NCBI GenBank assembly: GCA_002360495.1
Contig: DEQO01000066.1
Span: forward strand, 10,563-74,562
From: Flavobacteriales bacterium UBA3364
Lineage (GTDB): Bacteria; Bacteroidota; Bacteroidia; Flavobacteriales_F; PHOS-HE28
Direction: 5' to 3'
Length of the DNA: 64,000 bases
In this document: piece by piece, positions 9,449 to 20,106 of the stretch
How the letters are laid out: each line of letters opens with the position of its first letter
Position numbering within the stretch: the first letter of the stretch is position 1
Program-made: the position numbers and the translations under genes
Notes under the pieces: model-generated
The model's database searches: none
What the model saw: only the letters and a program-made list of their open reading frames with translations
Told to the model about the DNA's origin: nothing

Positions 9449-10237
9449 CTATTGCTCGTCCTTCCCGTGCAACGCGGCCAAGCGCATGGCATGGGCTCTT
9501 TCCTTGCCGAGGTAGCGCTCAACGCCTGTGTGTGCAAGGTAGACCAACGGAGTGGCCAGCAGTGCCACGAGCAACTTATAGCTGTAAGCCGTGATCACCA
9601 ACGCTGTGGCCAGCGGGAAAGACATGTCCTTGAAGATCCAAAAGGCCACGTAGGTCACTACCACGCTGTCGATCAATTGGCTTATCACCGTGCTCCCCGT
9701 GGCACGCAACCAGATCCGCTTATCGCCGGTAACGCGCTTGATGCGTCGGAAGATGAACGCATCGAGGAGTTGCCCGATCACGAACGCGAGGAGCGACCCG
9801 GCGATGATGTTCATGCCCTGGCCGAAGATGCTGGTGAATGCGGCTTGCATGTCGGGCACTCCCTGTAGCGTACTGCTGGTGGTCCACCATCCGAGATCGG
9901 GCGGCGTGTGGATGGCGAAGTACAGCACGCCGAACGCGAAGGTGATGAGCGCCGTGGTGAGCAAGGTGAGGAAGCGCACACCGCGCACGCCATAGTAATC
10001 GTTGATCACATCCGTCATGATGAAGACGATCGGCCAGGGTAACACACCCACGCTCAGTACGAACGAAAGGTGTTCTTGTCCCAACAAGGTGAAGTCCGCT
10101 TTCGTCAGTCCCAGCGCGGTCTCCAACTGGAACAGCTTCACGCCGATCATTTCCGCGATCAATGCGTTGGCCACGAAGAAGCCACCGAGGACCAGGAAGA
10201 GCCGGGTCGCTTTATCGCCCAGGATGGAATGCACCAT
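9449..10237 (-). CDS. yhhQ: queuosine-precursor transporter (YhhQ/VUT, DUF165 family)
   Basis: 262-aa polytopic membrane protein. The overall pattern (FLVLGGFFVANALIAEMIG..., IFGQGMNIIAGSLLAFVIGQLLD..FIF..IK) matches YhhQ-type transporters. Confidence 0.75.
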   Translation of the reverse strand: MVHSILGDKATRLFLVLGGFFVANALIAEMIGVKLFQLETALGLTKADFTLLGQEHLSFVLSVGVLPWPIVFIMTDVINDYYGVRGVRFLTLLTTALITFAFGVLYFAIHTPPDLGWWTTSSTLQGVPDMQAAFTSIFGQGMNIIAGSLLAFVIGQLLDAFIFRRIKRVTGDKRIWLRATGSTVISQLIDSVVVTYVAFWIFKDMSFPLATALVITAYSYKLLVALLATPLVYLAHTGVERYLGKERAHAMRLAALHGKDEQ

Positions 10238-10285
10238 GCCGGGAAATTACGGCGGGGAACGTTCTTGACGGACCGCTGATGCGCC

Positions 10286-11110
10286 CTATTGCGGACCGTT
10301 CCCGGATAGTGGAACGATCGGATCGCCGGTCCGAAGCGAACCGCTGTCGGGCCCCATCGCGTTCATCCCGAAATCCACTTTCACTTCACCTTCCGAACCT
10401 GCACGACGACGATAGGTCGCCAGTGTGCGGGTCGGTTCCTTGCTGCGCTCGCCGGTGAATTGGTCGGTGGTCGGGATCACACAACGGCCGCATGGTTTCA
10501 CCAATGTGAAAGGTGCCGGGCCGATGCTGATCTTCTTCCAGCCGTCCTCTTGGAAAGCGGAACCACCGCCGATCACGAGGTTCGGCCGGAACCGGTCCAT
10601 GGGGATCGCCTTGGCCATGCGACCGTTAAGGTCGTCGAGCGATGCTTGTGAGAGGATGAGGTAGGGGAAGCCGTCGCTCAAGGAGGTGATGCCCGTCGCA
10701 TAGCGCGTATCGACCGGCCGATGGGTACTATCGGGCATGAAGGCCAGCGAACAGGTCGCATCGAGCTTCTCCGCGAACCACGCCGAAACAGCGGCCGGGG
10801 AATGGACCACGTCGACCTCGTCGGAGAACACCCGGGCCCGTGATGTTGGCCCGTGGGCGGGCCCGAAGGTCAGATCGACGTGATCGCCATCGCGCACATC
10901 GGTGACGCGGAATCCGTTCTCGAGCGGTGAGCAATGCAAGCAGGCCATCACAGGCATTTCGCGTTGCGTGATGAACGTGCCGTTCGCATCCACCAGCATC
11001 CAGCGCCGGTCGTGTTCCAGCCCGCGGTCCGTCAAACGGGCGGTAGCCACTTGGAACCCTCCGAGCGACTTGATCGGGTACACATGTATCGAGGCCAGCG
11101 AAAGGCTCAT
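10286..11110 (-). CDS. MOSC domain protein (YcbX-like, without C-terminal ferredoxin domain)
   Basis: ORF 10286..11200; start moved to ATG 11110 (MSLSLASIHVYPIKSLGG, the classic MOSC N-terminal beta-barrel start). RFRPNLVI and KPCGRCVIPT motifs are present. The start overlaps the upstream stop (ATGA). Confidence 0.85.
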   Translation of the reverse strand: MSLSLASIHVYPIKSLGGFQVATARLTDRGLEHDRRWMLVDANGTFITQREMPVMACLHCSPLENGFRVTDVRDGDHVDLTFGPAHGPTSRARVFSDEVDVVHSPAAVSAWFAEKLDATCSLAFMPDSTHRPVDTRYATGITSLSDGFPYLILSQASLDDLNGRMAKAIPMDRFRPNLVIGGGSAFQEDGWKKISIGPAPFTLVKPCGRCVIPTTDQFTGERSKEPTRTLATYRRRAGSEGEVKVDFGMNAMGPDSGSLRTGDPIVPLSGNGPQ

Positions 11111-13125
11111 AGGCGGATCACGCGTTCCACGACGGACGAACCGTTCACGCGAAGGAGGATGTAGTACACCCCGGTGATCGGCGGTAGCGCAATACGCCAT
11201 CCAGCGCCCTCGCGCTCAACGCGAGCGTGGACGCTCCGGCCTCGTGCATCGAAGACCGAAGGCACGTCCATACGGAGCGCATCCTCAGCGGTGATACGGA
11301 TCCATCCGTCCAAGGAGGGGCTCGGATGGATGTGCACACGGTCCGCGACGGGTTCCTCCATACCGACCGGCCCAACGCTCAATGAATCGGCGGCCACGAG
11401 CGTAGGTGTACCATCGCTGGCGCCCAGCATTTCACGGAATGCGTCGATCTTCTCACTGGTGAAGTCGAACATGGAAGCGTTCCAGGCCGGCGGGATGGGT
11501 TGGTAGAAGATCCGTGCCTGGGCGTGCAACGACCCGTTGGCACCCGCGACCGGCACGTGGTAATGGACGACATCCGAACCACTGCCCTCCACACCATCGT
11601 TGTCGTGGTTGAAATCCGCATCCGTCAACGCCTCACCAGCGATGCGTGTGGTGTCGTAGCTGGGATGCGTTGTGCTGAAACCGAGCGGGACGAGCCTATT
11701 GTCCTTCAATGGCGACTTCGCGTACTCCAACACCGTTGTCGGATCACCGTTCACATCGCCCATCACGAGTTCGTAGATCTGCACTTGTTCGGGTGCACGG
11801 ATCACATCGTAGTGCGGTTCGGTCCCTGCATCATGTCCGATCACTTCGTAGCTGTCGTCGATACGGCCGCTCGCGAAGAGCGTGTCGCCCGCCGCATCCG
11901 TCACCACGAATTCGACGAATGCCCGTCGCGATGGATAGCCGCTCGGAAAGCGATGGCCGGCAAGGTTCTCCACATGCAACGAGTAGAATGCCGTATCCTC
12001 GGTCCTCTCCTCAAGTTCCAGATCGATATCCAATGTGCGTTCCGTCAGCATCGCCTTTGTGCGTGCGATGGTGCTGTCGAACTGCGCGCCCGTTGCCGGG
12101 ATGTGCAATTCCTGCCGGTTGGCCTTGAGGATCTCCAGCATATGCACGTTCGCTCCGGCGAGATGGTGTTTGCCGAAGGGTGTCTGGCCTTGGAGGAAGG
12201 CATATTCCGCAGCGAGGATCACAGGCCCTTCGATCCGCGGCAGGTGGCAGGTGTTGCACGTACCCCCTGTCGAACTGTACACGCTGTTCTTCCACTCGTG
12301 GTAGGTGGCCTGCTCCACGAAATGGTCACCGGTCAGGTTGCCATCGAGATCCAGGGTCTCGGTGATCAACGTGTGGCAGCCCGCACAGACCTTGCTGTTC
12401 ACGATATGGTCCGCGTAGCCGGGCGTGAAGCCGACGAAGTACTGCATGATCGCAGGATTGATCTGGTCATCCGCATACGGTCCGTAAACGTGCGCACTAT
12501 CGAACAGCAGGTCACCACTGAAGTTGTTCCCTGTTCCCTCCAGACCCTGCATGTGACAGGCCAGGCAACTCACCCCGTCCTTGGCCAGCGTACTCGTATC
12601 CAACATCGCCAGCGTGAACGGTGGATGTTCAGCAAGACGTTCCTCGTGGACGGCCAGGGGCGCATGACAGCTGAGGCACTTGTTGCTGATGGCATCGCCG
12701 TGCGACGGGTTCACGAGCACTTCGTGATCGAGCTTCGCGCGGAAGAACGGATCGCGCGAACTGTTCGCCATCAAGCTGCTGCGCCAATCGTCCACCACGT
12801 TCACGTCCTGCCCGGTCGCTGGATCGATGCTGGCCTCGAACAGGAGATCACGACCGTGACAGCCCGCACAACGCCCACTGGTCCAGAAATAGGCACTGCG
12901 CAGCACGGGTAGTGTATCGGCCGAGCGGAACAGCGCCAACGCCAGCCGACCGTGCGGTCCACGGACCGGCCGGTTCGCTTCGGTCCATGCCGCGAATAGC
13001 ATCACAAGACCGACCAGACCGGTGATCAGGAAGAGTTTGCGCGACCTCGGCAACAACACCACGCCCGAAAGGTAGCGGGACCTGCCCGTCCCTTGGGATC
13101 CCCGCCCTCCCAGGATGGGTGCCAT
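11107..13125 (-). CDS. pentahaem c-type cytochrome with T9SS C-terminal sorting domain
   Basis: Five CxxCH motifs (CAGCH, CLSCH, CLACH, CAGCH, CNTCH). N-terminal TM/signal (KLFLITGLVGLVMLFAAW). C-terminus VHIHPSPSLDGWIRI...GVYYILLRVNGSSVVERVIRL is typical of T9SS CTDs. The start may instead be the GTG near 13062. Confidence 0.85.
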   Translation of the reverse strand: MAPILGGRGSQGTGRSRYLSGVVLLPRSRKLFLITGLVGLVMLFAAWTEANRPVRGPHGRLALALFRSADTLPVLRSAYFWTSGRCAGCHGRDLLFEASIDPATGQDVNVVDDWRSSLMANSSRDPFFRAKLDHEVLVNPSHGDAISNKCLSCHAPLAVHEERLAEHPPFTLAMLDTSTLAKDGVSCLACHMQGLEGTGNNFSGDLLFDSAHVYGPYADDQINPAIMQYFVGFTPGYADHIVNSKVCAGCHTLITETLDLDGNLTGDHFVEQATYHEWKNSVYSSTGGTCNTCHLPRIEGPVILAAEYAFLQGQTPFGKHHLAGANVHMLEILKANRQELHIPATGAQFDSTIARTKAMLTERTLDIDLELEERTEDTAFYSLHVENLAGHRFPSGYPSRRAFVEFVVTDAAGDTLFASGRIDDSYEVIGHDAGTEPHYDVIRAPEQVQIYELVMGDVNGDPTTVLEYAKSPLKDNRLVPLGFSTTHPSYDTTRIAGEALTDADFNHDNDGVEGSGSDVVHYHVPVAGANGSLHAQARIFYQPIPPAWNASMFDFTSEKIDAFREMLGASDGTPTLVAADSLSVGPVGMEEPVADRVHIHPSPSLDGWIRITAEDALRMDVPSVFDARGRSVHARVEREGAGWRIALPPITGVYYILLRVNGSSVVERVIRL

Positions 13126-13311
13126 ACCATGAAGGCCGATCCCCGAAGAGCGGTCCGTGTCCTATTCCATAGGCCATGGAAAATGCCCCGGTGCCACACG
13201 CTGGGCGATGACAACGCGTTGTTCATGGACGGCCGCCCGAATGGGAAGCACGCTGTTCGGCGCGGTTACCTTCGCCCTTCGATCACCTTCGCCAGCAGGC
13301 AGGCTCCAACC

Positions 13312-14991
13312 ATGCTCGAACGCTTTTCCCATCATATCCTCCTTCTGGTCACCGGGTTCGCTTTCGGCCAGGTCGCTCGAGCACAAGGGGCAGAACCTTT
13401 CGTGGACCACTGGGATCCCGAGAGGAAGATCAAGCGCAGCGAAGGATTGATGGTCAACGGCCGCGAATGGGGCGAATGGAAATTCTACGACCGTCAAGGC
13501 CGGTTGACCGAACAAGCCGATTTCAGGAGCGGTGAACGCAACGGGCATGTCCGCATTTTCCACGACAATGGCAATGTGCAGCACGACGGCTGGTTCAAGT
13601 TCGGCAAGGAGGACAGCGTCCGCGTGAGCCGCTATCGCGATGGCGGCATCATGGAGCGGGGTAGTTATGTGCTCGGGAAGAAGACCGGAACCTGGTCCTA
13701 TTACTATCCCGACAGCCTGCCGATGCTCGTGGAGCACTGGAAGGACAGTACCATGACCGTCTCCGATGCATGGGACCAAGAGGGCAAACACATCCTGAAG
13801 GAAGGGAAGGGCCGCATGGAGACCTACTTCGCAAGCGGGTCCATTCTGGAGGAATGCGACTACGTGAACGGGTTGAAGGATGGGCCTTGCACAGAGTTCC
13901 ATCCTGCCGGGAACCCCAAGGCGCGGGGCGCGTACCATGCTGGACAGAAGCAAGGCCCGTGGGAGTATTGGTACTCCAACAGTAAGCTGGAAAAGAAGGA
14001 CGGTTTCGACAACGGAAAGCTTGACGGCCGCTACGAACTCTGGTTCCGCAGTGGACAGGTGAACGTGGAGGGCTGGCACAAGGCCGGTGAGAAAGACAGT
14101 GTTTGGACCTGGTATACCACCCTTGGCACGAAGGACCAGGAAGGGCCGTTCAAGGCAGGCCTGCGCCAGGGTGTCTGGAAGTACTGGTATCCCGGCACCG
14201 ATCCCCAAAAGGCTCCTCAGTTGAGTGCTACTGGCGCATTTGCTGCGGACAAGGAAGAAGGGGAATGGGTCTACTTCTACGAGGGTGGCCAATTCTGGAA
14301 GAAAGGCACCTACAAGCAAGGTGTGAAGGATGGCGCATGGACCACCTGGTATGAGAGTGGCCAGAAACTACAGGAAGGGCCCTACCTGAACGGGAAGGAA
14401 GAAGGTGAATGGCACAGCTGGTTTGAGAATGGCCAGCAGAAGACCATCGGCACCTTTGCTGAAGGCCATATGAACGGCCTATGGCGCGGCTTCTTCCCCG
14501 ATGGCCAGCCGGACTTCGAGGGCTATTACGCCAAGGATCTCAAGAACGGGGCATGGAAACTCTATACCGAAAGCCCTCCGGGCAAGGACATCGGTGGTCG
14601 CGTGAAGGAGGAGGGTAGTTATACCGAAGGCAAGAAGAGCGGCCGCTGGGTCACGTATAACATCAACGGCATCGCAGTGGCCGAAGGCAGTTATAGCGAT
14701 GGAACTCCGACCGGCCAGTGGACCTATTTCGATGATGCTGGCGTGAAACTGCGCGAACAAGGCCTCCTCAACGGCAACCCCGAAGGCCTATGCACCGTGT
14801 ACGACCAGCGCGGCCGCGTCATCCAGCAGATGAATTACCGAAACGGCCGCCTGCACGGCAAGATGACGGTCTACGACACCGACGGCAAAGCGGTGAAGAC
14901 CACCGAGTACGAGGATGGGTCGGTGAAGAAGGCGCTTCCACCGGCCGGAAAGGAGAAGCCGCGCGGTGGCGGGGTGCCGGGTGGGCGGTGA
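13312..14991 (+). CDS. MORN-variant (YwqK-like) repeat protein with signal peptide
   Basis: ATG 13312 within ORF 13093..14991. Many tandem G.W..Y/W...G.....G.Y..G...G.W repeats (e.g. GEWKFYDRQGRL, GTWSYYYPDS, GPWEYWYSNSKL). Confidence 0.8.
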   Translation: MLERFSHHILLLVTGFAFGQVARAQGAEPFVDHWDPERKIKRSEGLMVNGREWGEWKFYDRQGRLTEQADFRSGERNGHVRIFHDNGNVQHDGWFKFGKEDSVRVSRYRDGGIMERGSYVLGKKTGTWSYYYPDSLPMLVEHWKDSTMTVSDAWDQEGKHILKEGKGRMETYFASGSILEECDYVNGLKDGPCTEFHPAGNPKARGAYHAGQKQGPWEYWYSNSKLEKKDGFDNGKLDGRYELWFRSGQVNVEGWHKAGEKDSVWTWYTTLGTKDQEGPFKAGLRQGVWKYWYPGTDPQKAPQLSATGAFAADKEEGEWVYFYEGGQFWKKGTYKQGVKDGAWTTWYESGQKLQEGPYLNGKEEGEWHSWFENGQQKTIGTFAEGHMNGLWRGFFPDGQPDFEGYYAKDLKNGAWKLYTESPPGKDIGGRVKEEGSYTEGKKSGRWVTYNINGIAVAEGSYSDGTPTGQWTYFDDAGVKLREQGLLNGNPEGLCTVYDQRGRVIQQMNYRNGRLHGKMTVYDTDGKAVKTTEYEDGSVKKALPPAGKEKPRGGGVPGGR

Positions 14992-15109
14992 AGCCCCCAG
15001 CCCTGCTTTGCTATCAGCTGTCTTTACGGATGCTCGGAACATGGGGAGTTCCACATCGGCCATTCCCGCCTAAATGCTACATTTGCCCCCGTTAGCGGTT
15101 GAAGAGGAA

Positions 15110-15131
15110 GAGGGGACCGCCCCTCTTTTTT
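15110..15131 (+). terminator. putative rho-independent terminator
   Basis: GAGGGG-ACCG-CCCCTC hairpin immediately followed by TTTTTT; lies between the MORN gene and rimP. Confidence 0.5.
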
Positions 15132-15156
15132 ATTCTACGGCCGGCAGAAAGGCGAA

Positions 15157-15621
15157 ATGGTCACAGCGGACAACGTGCGGAACATCGTAGAGAAACACCT
15201 GGAGGGCACCACGCATTTCCTGGTGGCGGTGGAGGTGCGTCCCGGCGACAAGGTCGTGGTGGAGGTCGACAACGACCGGGCCATCACCCTGCAAGAGCTG
15301 GTGACGCTCAACAAAGCCGTGCGCGAGGACCTCGGCGAGGCAGCGGACGATTGCGAACTGCAGTTCAGCAGTCCTGGTATGGGCCGCCCCTTCAAGGTGG
15401 TTCGCCAGTACGCGAAACACACCGGCCGCTTGGTGCAGGTGGTCCTGGCCGATGGCCGCCTGCTGGAGGGCAAGTTGGAGCAGTTCGATGGCACCACCAT
15501 GGGCCTGCGCATCCAGCATCCCAGCAAAGTGAAGGGTCGGCTACCGAAACTCGACGACGACATCACCGTGATCCCCTTCGACCAGATCAAGTCAACACAA
15601 GCATCCATTACGTTCAATTGA
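15157..15621 (+). CDS. rimP: ribosome maturation factor RimP
   Basis: 154 aa, immediately upstream of nusA-infB (conserved operon). Sequence pattern VEVRPGDKVVVEVDND...SSPGMGRPFK is typical of RimP. Confidence 0.85.
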   Translation: MVTADNVRNIVEKHLEGTTHFLVAVEVRPGDKVVVEVDNDRAITLQELVTLNKAVREDLGEAADDCELQFSSPGMGRPFKVVRQYAKHTGRLVQVVLADGRLLEGKLEQFDGTTMGLRIQHPSKVKGRLPKLDDDITVIPFDQIKSTQASITFN

Positions 15622-15627
15622 CAGGGT

Positions 15628-16866
15628 ATGAGCACAGTCAACCTCATTGAATCCTTCGGGGAATTCAAGGACCTCAAGAACATCGACCGCGTCACCATGA
15701 TGGGCATCCTGGAGGATGTCTTCCGTGGTGTGATCAAGCGTCGTTTCGGGGAAGAAGCCAAAGTGGACATCATCATCAACCCGGACAAGGGCGATCTGGA
15801 GGTGTGGCTCAACCGGGTGATCGTGGAGGACGGCTTCAGCGAGGACGACAACCTGGACATCGAGCTAAGCGAGGCGCGCAAGATCGAGCCGGACTTCGAA
15901 GTGGGCGAGGAGGTGAGCCAGGAAGTGAAGATCGAGGACTTCGGCCGCCGCAACATCCTTTCCCTGAAACAGAACCTCCAGAGCCGCATCATGGAACTGG
16001 AGAAGGACCACCTCTACAACAAGTACAAGGAGCGGGTGGGCGAGATCATCACCGGTGAGGTGTACCAGATCTGGAAACGCGAGACATTGATCCTGGATGA
16101 CGAGGGCAACGAACTGATCATGCCCAAGGACCAGCAGATCAAGGTCGATTTCTTCAAGAAAGGCGACAACGTCCGCGCCGTGGTGTGGAAGGTGGAGATG
16201 CGCAACAACACGCCGGTCGTCATCCTCAGCCGTACTGCGCCGGAATTCCTGGAGAAGCTGTTCGAGCAGGAAGTGCCCGAAGTGGCCGATGGCCTCATCA
16301 CCATCAAGCGCATCGTGCGCGAACCCGGGGAGCGTGCGAAGGTCGCCGTGGAGAGCTACGATGACCGCATCGATCCGGTGGGCGCCTGCGTGGGTATGAA
16401 GGGATCGCGGATCCACGGGATCGTGCGCGAGTTGCGCAACGAGAACATCGACGTGATCAACTTCACGGCCAACGATGAACTGCTCATCCAGCGCGCGTTG
16501 AGCCCGGCGAAAGTGGGCAACATCAAGCTGGACCGCGAACACAAGCGCGCCGAGGTGTACATGAAGCCCGATCAGGTGGCGTTGGCCATCGGCAAAGGCG
16601 GTCACAACATCAAGCTGGCCGGAAAACTGACCGGGTTCGACATCGACGTGTACCGCGAGACCGACGAGGTGACGGATGACGTCAGCTTGGACGAATTCGG
16701 CGACGAGATCGATCAGTGGATCATCGACGAGTTCAAGAAGATCGGTTGCGACACCGCACGATCGGTGTTGGACATCGGCGCGGACGAATTGGTGAAACGC
16801 ACGGATCTGGAGGAAGAGACGATCCGCGAGGTGTTGCGTATTTTGAAACAGGAATTGGAGGCGTAA
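15628..16866 (+). CDS. nusA: transcription termination/antitermination factor NusA
   Basis: 412 aa with an S1-like region and KH regions (DPVGACVGMKGSRI, ALAIGKGGHNIKLA); rimP-nusA-infB order. Confidence 0.95.
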   Translation: MSTVNLIESFGEFKDLKNIDRVTMMGILEDVFRGVIKRRFGEEAKVDIIINPDKGDLEVWLNRVIVEDGFSEDDNLDIELSEARKIEPDFEVGEEVSQEVKIEDFGRRNILSLKQNLQSRIMELEKDHLYNKYKERVGEIITGEVYQIWKRETLILDDEGNELIMPKDQQIKVDFFKKGDNVRAVVWKVEMRNNTPVVILSRTAPEFLEKLFEQEVPEVADGLITIKRIVREPGERAKVAVESYDDRIDPVGACVGMKGSRIHGIVRELRNENIDVINFTANDELLIQRALSPAKVGNIKLDREHKRAEVYMKPDQVALAIGKGGHNIKLAGKLTGFDIDVYRETDEVTDDVSLDEFGDEIDQWIIDEFKKIGCDTARSVLDIGADELVKRTDLEEETIREVLRILKQELEA

Positions 16867-16944
16867 TGGGCGCCGCCCGTTGCGCTGGTGGCGATGCTTG
16901 CATCGCCTTGGATAGGGGAACGTAGGGACGACAAAAAAGGCTGT

Positions 16945-19617
16945 ATGAGCGAAACGACGGATAAGGGATTGCGACTGAGCAAGGTGGCCAGGGAGTTCAA
17001 CCAAGGGTTGCACACCGTGGTGGAGTTCCTCGAGAAGAAGGGACATAAGGTGGAGAGCAACCCCAACACCAAGATCGACGGGGCGCTCTACGAACTGCTG
17101 TTGCAGGAGTTCGGTACCGACAAGGCCATCAAGGAACAGAGCAAGGCGACCGTCCAGTTGCGCCAGGAGCGCGAGACCATCTCGCTCGTGACCGCAGCTC
17201 CTGCGAAGGAAGCGCCGAAGAAGAAGGCGGAGGACCCCGCACAAACACCACCTCCTGCCGCCGCCGCACCTGCGCCAGTGACGCCTGCCCCGGCGGAACC
17301 GGACGTCATCAAGGCAAAGGCCGAAAAGGTCGAAGGTCCCAAGACCTTGGGCAAGATCGATCTGGACGCGCCGAAGAAGGGCGCCAAGAAGGCGGCAAGG
17401 ACCGAAGCGGCTGCGCCAGCTGAAGTTCCGGCACCGGAGGTTCCGGCGACTCCGGCGGTCGGGCCTGATGCAGCGACTACGGAAGCTCCCGTGGAACCCG
17501 AGACGATCCGGGTGAACGTGCAGAAACTGGCCGGGTTGAAGACCCTGGGCAAGATCGACCTGCCCGTCGAGAAGGAGCGCAAGCCCGCCGAACGCGGAAC
17601 GGATGCGGATCGTGGTCGTCGCAAGCGCATCGTGAAACCGGGACCGGTCAATGTGGAGCGCACCGTCCAGCAGGAGCAGCGCAATGCACCTGCAACGGGT
17701 CGTCCGGGCGAACTCGATGAGAATGCGGTGAAGCGCAAGGTGAGCGAAACCCTCGCGCGCCTCACCGGAGGCAAGAGCAAGGGCGCCAAACTGCGTCGTG
17801 AAAAACGCGATCAGCGCGGACGGCGTTTCGAGGAAGAACAAGCCGCCAAGGAACTGGCCGGTATGACCCTCAAGGTCACCGAATTCGTGACCGCGAGCGA
17901 ACTGGCGAGCATGATGAGCGTACCGGTCACGGACATCATCAAGGCTTGCTTCGCCTTGGGTATGATGGTGAGCATCAACCAACGCCTCGATGCCGAGACC
18001 CTCGCAGTGATCGCTGAGGAATACGGGTTCAAGGTGGAGTTCGTCGGCGCCGAGGTACAATTGGACCTTCAGGAAGAGGCCGATGTGGAGGAGCGTATCG
18101 AACCGCGTCCGCCCATCGTCACCGTGATGGGCCACGTCGATCATGGCAAGACCTCGTTGCTGGACTACGTGCGCAAAGCCAACGTGATCGCCGGTGAAGC
18201 GGGCGGTATTACCCAGCACATCGGTGCCTACGGCGTACAACTGCCCAACGGCAAGCAGATCACCTTCCTGGACACTCCGGGTCACGAAGCGTTCACCGCC
18301 ATGCGTGCGCGCGGTGCCCAGGTCACCGACATCGCGATCATCGTGATCGCCGCGGACGACAGTGTGATGCCACAAACGCGTGAGGCCATCAACCACGCAC
18401 AAGCGGCGGGTGTCCCGATGGTCTTCGCCTTCAACAAGATCGACAAGCAAGGCGCCAACGCCGAGAAGATCCGCGAACAGCTCAGCCAGATGAACATCCT
18501 GGTCGAGGAATGGGGCGGCAAGTTCCAGACCCAGGAGATCAGCGCCAAGCAAGGAAAGGGCGTGGAGCAGCTGTTGGAAAAGGTCCTGCTCGAAGCCGAC
18601 ATGCTCGAGTTGAAGGCCGATCCGGGCAAACGTGCGCACGGAGTGGTGATCGAAAGCACCTTGGAACAAGGACGGGGTTATGTAACGACCCTCCTCGTGG
18701 ATGCCGGCACGTTGCGCAAAGGGGACATCATCCTTGCCGGCCAGTTCAGCGGTCGTGTGCGGAACATGTTCAATGAGCGTGGTCAGCAGGTCATGGAGGC
18801 CACACCGTCCACCCCGGTCTCCATCCTGGGCCTCGATGGGGCGCCTAACGCAGGTGACACCTTCCAGGTCTTCGAGGACGAACGCGATGCACGCACCATC
18901 GCCACGCGTCGCCAGCAGCTGCAGCGCGAACAGGGCATCCGCACGCACAAGCACATTACGCTGGACGAGATCGGTCGTCGTCTCGCCATCGGCGACTTCA
19001 AGGAACTGAACCTCATCGTGAAAGGCGACGTGGACGGTTCCGTGGAAGCGCTCACCGATTCCTTGCTGAAGCTCAGCACCGAAAGCATCAAGGTGAACGT
19101 GATCCACCGTGCGGTGGGTCCGATCGCCGAGAGCGACATCCTGCTCGCAACGGCTTCCAACGCCATCGTCATCGGTTTCCAAGTGCGACCCACTCCGGGT
19201 GCGCGCAAGCTGGCGGAGACAGAGGAGATCGACATCCGCCTGTACTCCATCATCTACGCGGCGATCGACGAGATCAAGCAGGCGATGGAAGGCATGCTCG
19301 CGCCGAAGGAAGTGGAGAAGATCACCGGTACCGCGGAAGTACGCGAGACCTTCCGCATCAGCAAGGTGGGTACCGTTGCCGGCTGCTACGTGCTCGATGG
19401 AAAGCTCGATCGCAAGAACAAGGTGCGCCTCATCCGCGATGGCATCGTGGTCTACACCGGCGATCTCGATACGCTGAAGCGTTTCAAGGACGACGTGAAG
19501 GAAGTATCACACGGTTACGAGTGCGGCCTCAACATCAAGAACTTCAACGACGTCAAAGTGGGCGACCACATCGAAGCCTTTGAGATGGTGGAGGTGAAGC
19601 GTACGCTGAACGATTGA
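16945..19617 (+). CDS. infB: translation initiation factor IF-2
   Basis: ORF 16888..19617; start taken at ATG 16945 ([18 protein letters not shown]). GTPase motifs [20 protein letters not shown] and NKID. Ala/Pro/Lys-rich N-terminal linker. Confidence 0.95.
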   Translation: MSETTDKGLRLSKVAREFNQGLHTVVEFLEKKGHKVESNPNTKIDGALYELLLQEFGTDKAIKEQSKATVQLRQERETISLVTAAPAKEAPKKKAEDPAQTPPPAAAAPAPVTPAPAEPDVIKAKAEKVEGPKTLGKIDLDAPKKGAKKAARTEAAAPAEVPAPEVPATPAVGPDAATTEAPVEPETIRVNVQKLAGLKTLGKIDLPVEKERKPAERGTDADRGRRKRIVKPGPVNVERTVQQEQRNAPATGRPGELDENAVKRKVSETLARLTGGKSKGAKLRREKRDQRGRRFEEEQAAKELAGMTLKVTEFVTASELASMMSVPVTDIIKACFALGMMVSINQRLDAETLAVIAEEYGFKVEFVGAEVQLDLQEEADVEERIEPRPPIVTVMGHVDHGKTSLLDYVRKANVIAGEAGGITQHIGAYGVQLPNGKQITFLDTPGHEAFTAMRARGAQVTDIAIIVIAADDSVMPQTREAINHAQAAGVPMVFAFNKIDKQGANAEKIREQLSQMNILVEEWGGKFQTQEISAKQGKGVEQLLEKVLLEADMLELKADPGKRAHGVVIESTLEQGRGYVTTLLVDAGTLRKGDIILAGQFSGRVRNMFNERGQQVMEATPSTPVSILGLDGAPNAGDTFQVFEDERDARTIATRRQQLQREQGIRTHKHITLDEIGRRLAIGDFKELNLIVKGDVDGSVEALTDSLLKLSTESIKVNVIHRAVGPIAESDILLATASNAIVIGFQVRPTPGARKLAETEEIDIRLYSIIYAAIDEIKQAMEGMLAPKEVEKITGTAEVRETFRISKVGTVAGCYVLDGKLDRKNKVRLIRDGIVVYTGDLDTLKRFKDDVKEVSHGYECGLNIKNFNDVKVGDHIEAFEMVEVKRTLND

Positions 19618-19653
19618 GGATCAGCAATTCGGAATTCCGAATTTCTAATCCTC
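19616..19653. terminator. bidirectional hairpin between convergent infB and SPOR gene
   Basis: Perfect 18-nt palindrome AATTCGGAATTCCGAATT (19626-19643) flanked by GAGGAT...ATCCTC. It spans both stop codons. Confidence 0.5.
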
Positions 19654-20106
19654 CAACCGCGGCATCTCGATCTCGTCCGGCACGATATAGCTGCCGGGGT
19701 AAAGCAGCTTCATGTCGCGAAGCAGATGCTCCGCTTCCAGACGTGTATAGAGGTCACCCACCCGCAGGCGGAAATTCGGGGCGAGCCAGCTCAAATAGGC
19801 CGGGATGTCCGGGTTCTTCTGCAGGAAAGCACGCTTGGTATCCTCGGCGGTCTTGCGGTCGCCCAGGAAGATCTGCACCCTGTAGCCTTTTTGGGGATGC
19901 TTGCGTTCACTATGATCCTTCAGAAGGGCCTCGATCCGGGGCGGAACCGTGATCTTGACATCACCAGTGCGGGAGAGCGCTGTATCACCAACGGGCGTAT
20001 CGACCGCAAGTTCAGCCCCGCTGGAAGAAAGGGGCACCGAGGTGCCTGTCTGGGCCGGGACCGGGATCACCAGGAACAACGAGAAGGCAACAAGGAGCGA
20101 ACGCAT
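19645..20106 (-). CDS. SPOR domain protein (peptidoglycan binding) with signal peptide
   Basis: ORF 19645..20286; start moved to ATG 20106 (MRSLLVAFSLFLVIPVPAQ). C-terminal GYRVQIFLGDRKTAEDTKRAF...RLRVGDLYTRLEAEHLL fits SPOR repeats. Confidence 0.7.
   Translation of the reverse strand: MRSLLVAFSLFLVIPVPAQTGTSVPLSSSGAELAVDTPVGDTALSRTGDVKITVPPRIEALLKDHSERKHPQKGYRVQIFLGDRKTAEDTKRAFLQKNPDIPAYLSWLAPNFRLRVGDLYTRLEAEHLLRDMKLLYPGSYIVPDEIEMPRLED

Noticed and set aside
17200-17560. Apparent repetitiveness in the infB 5' third
   Set aside because: This is the Ala/Pro/Lys-rich low-complexity linker typical of IF-2, not a DNA tandem repeat.
15865-19182. 1105-aa minus-strand ORF
   Set aside because: Antisense shadow across nusA and infB, with no recognisable motifs.
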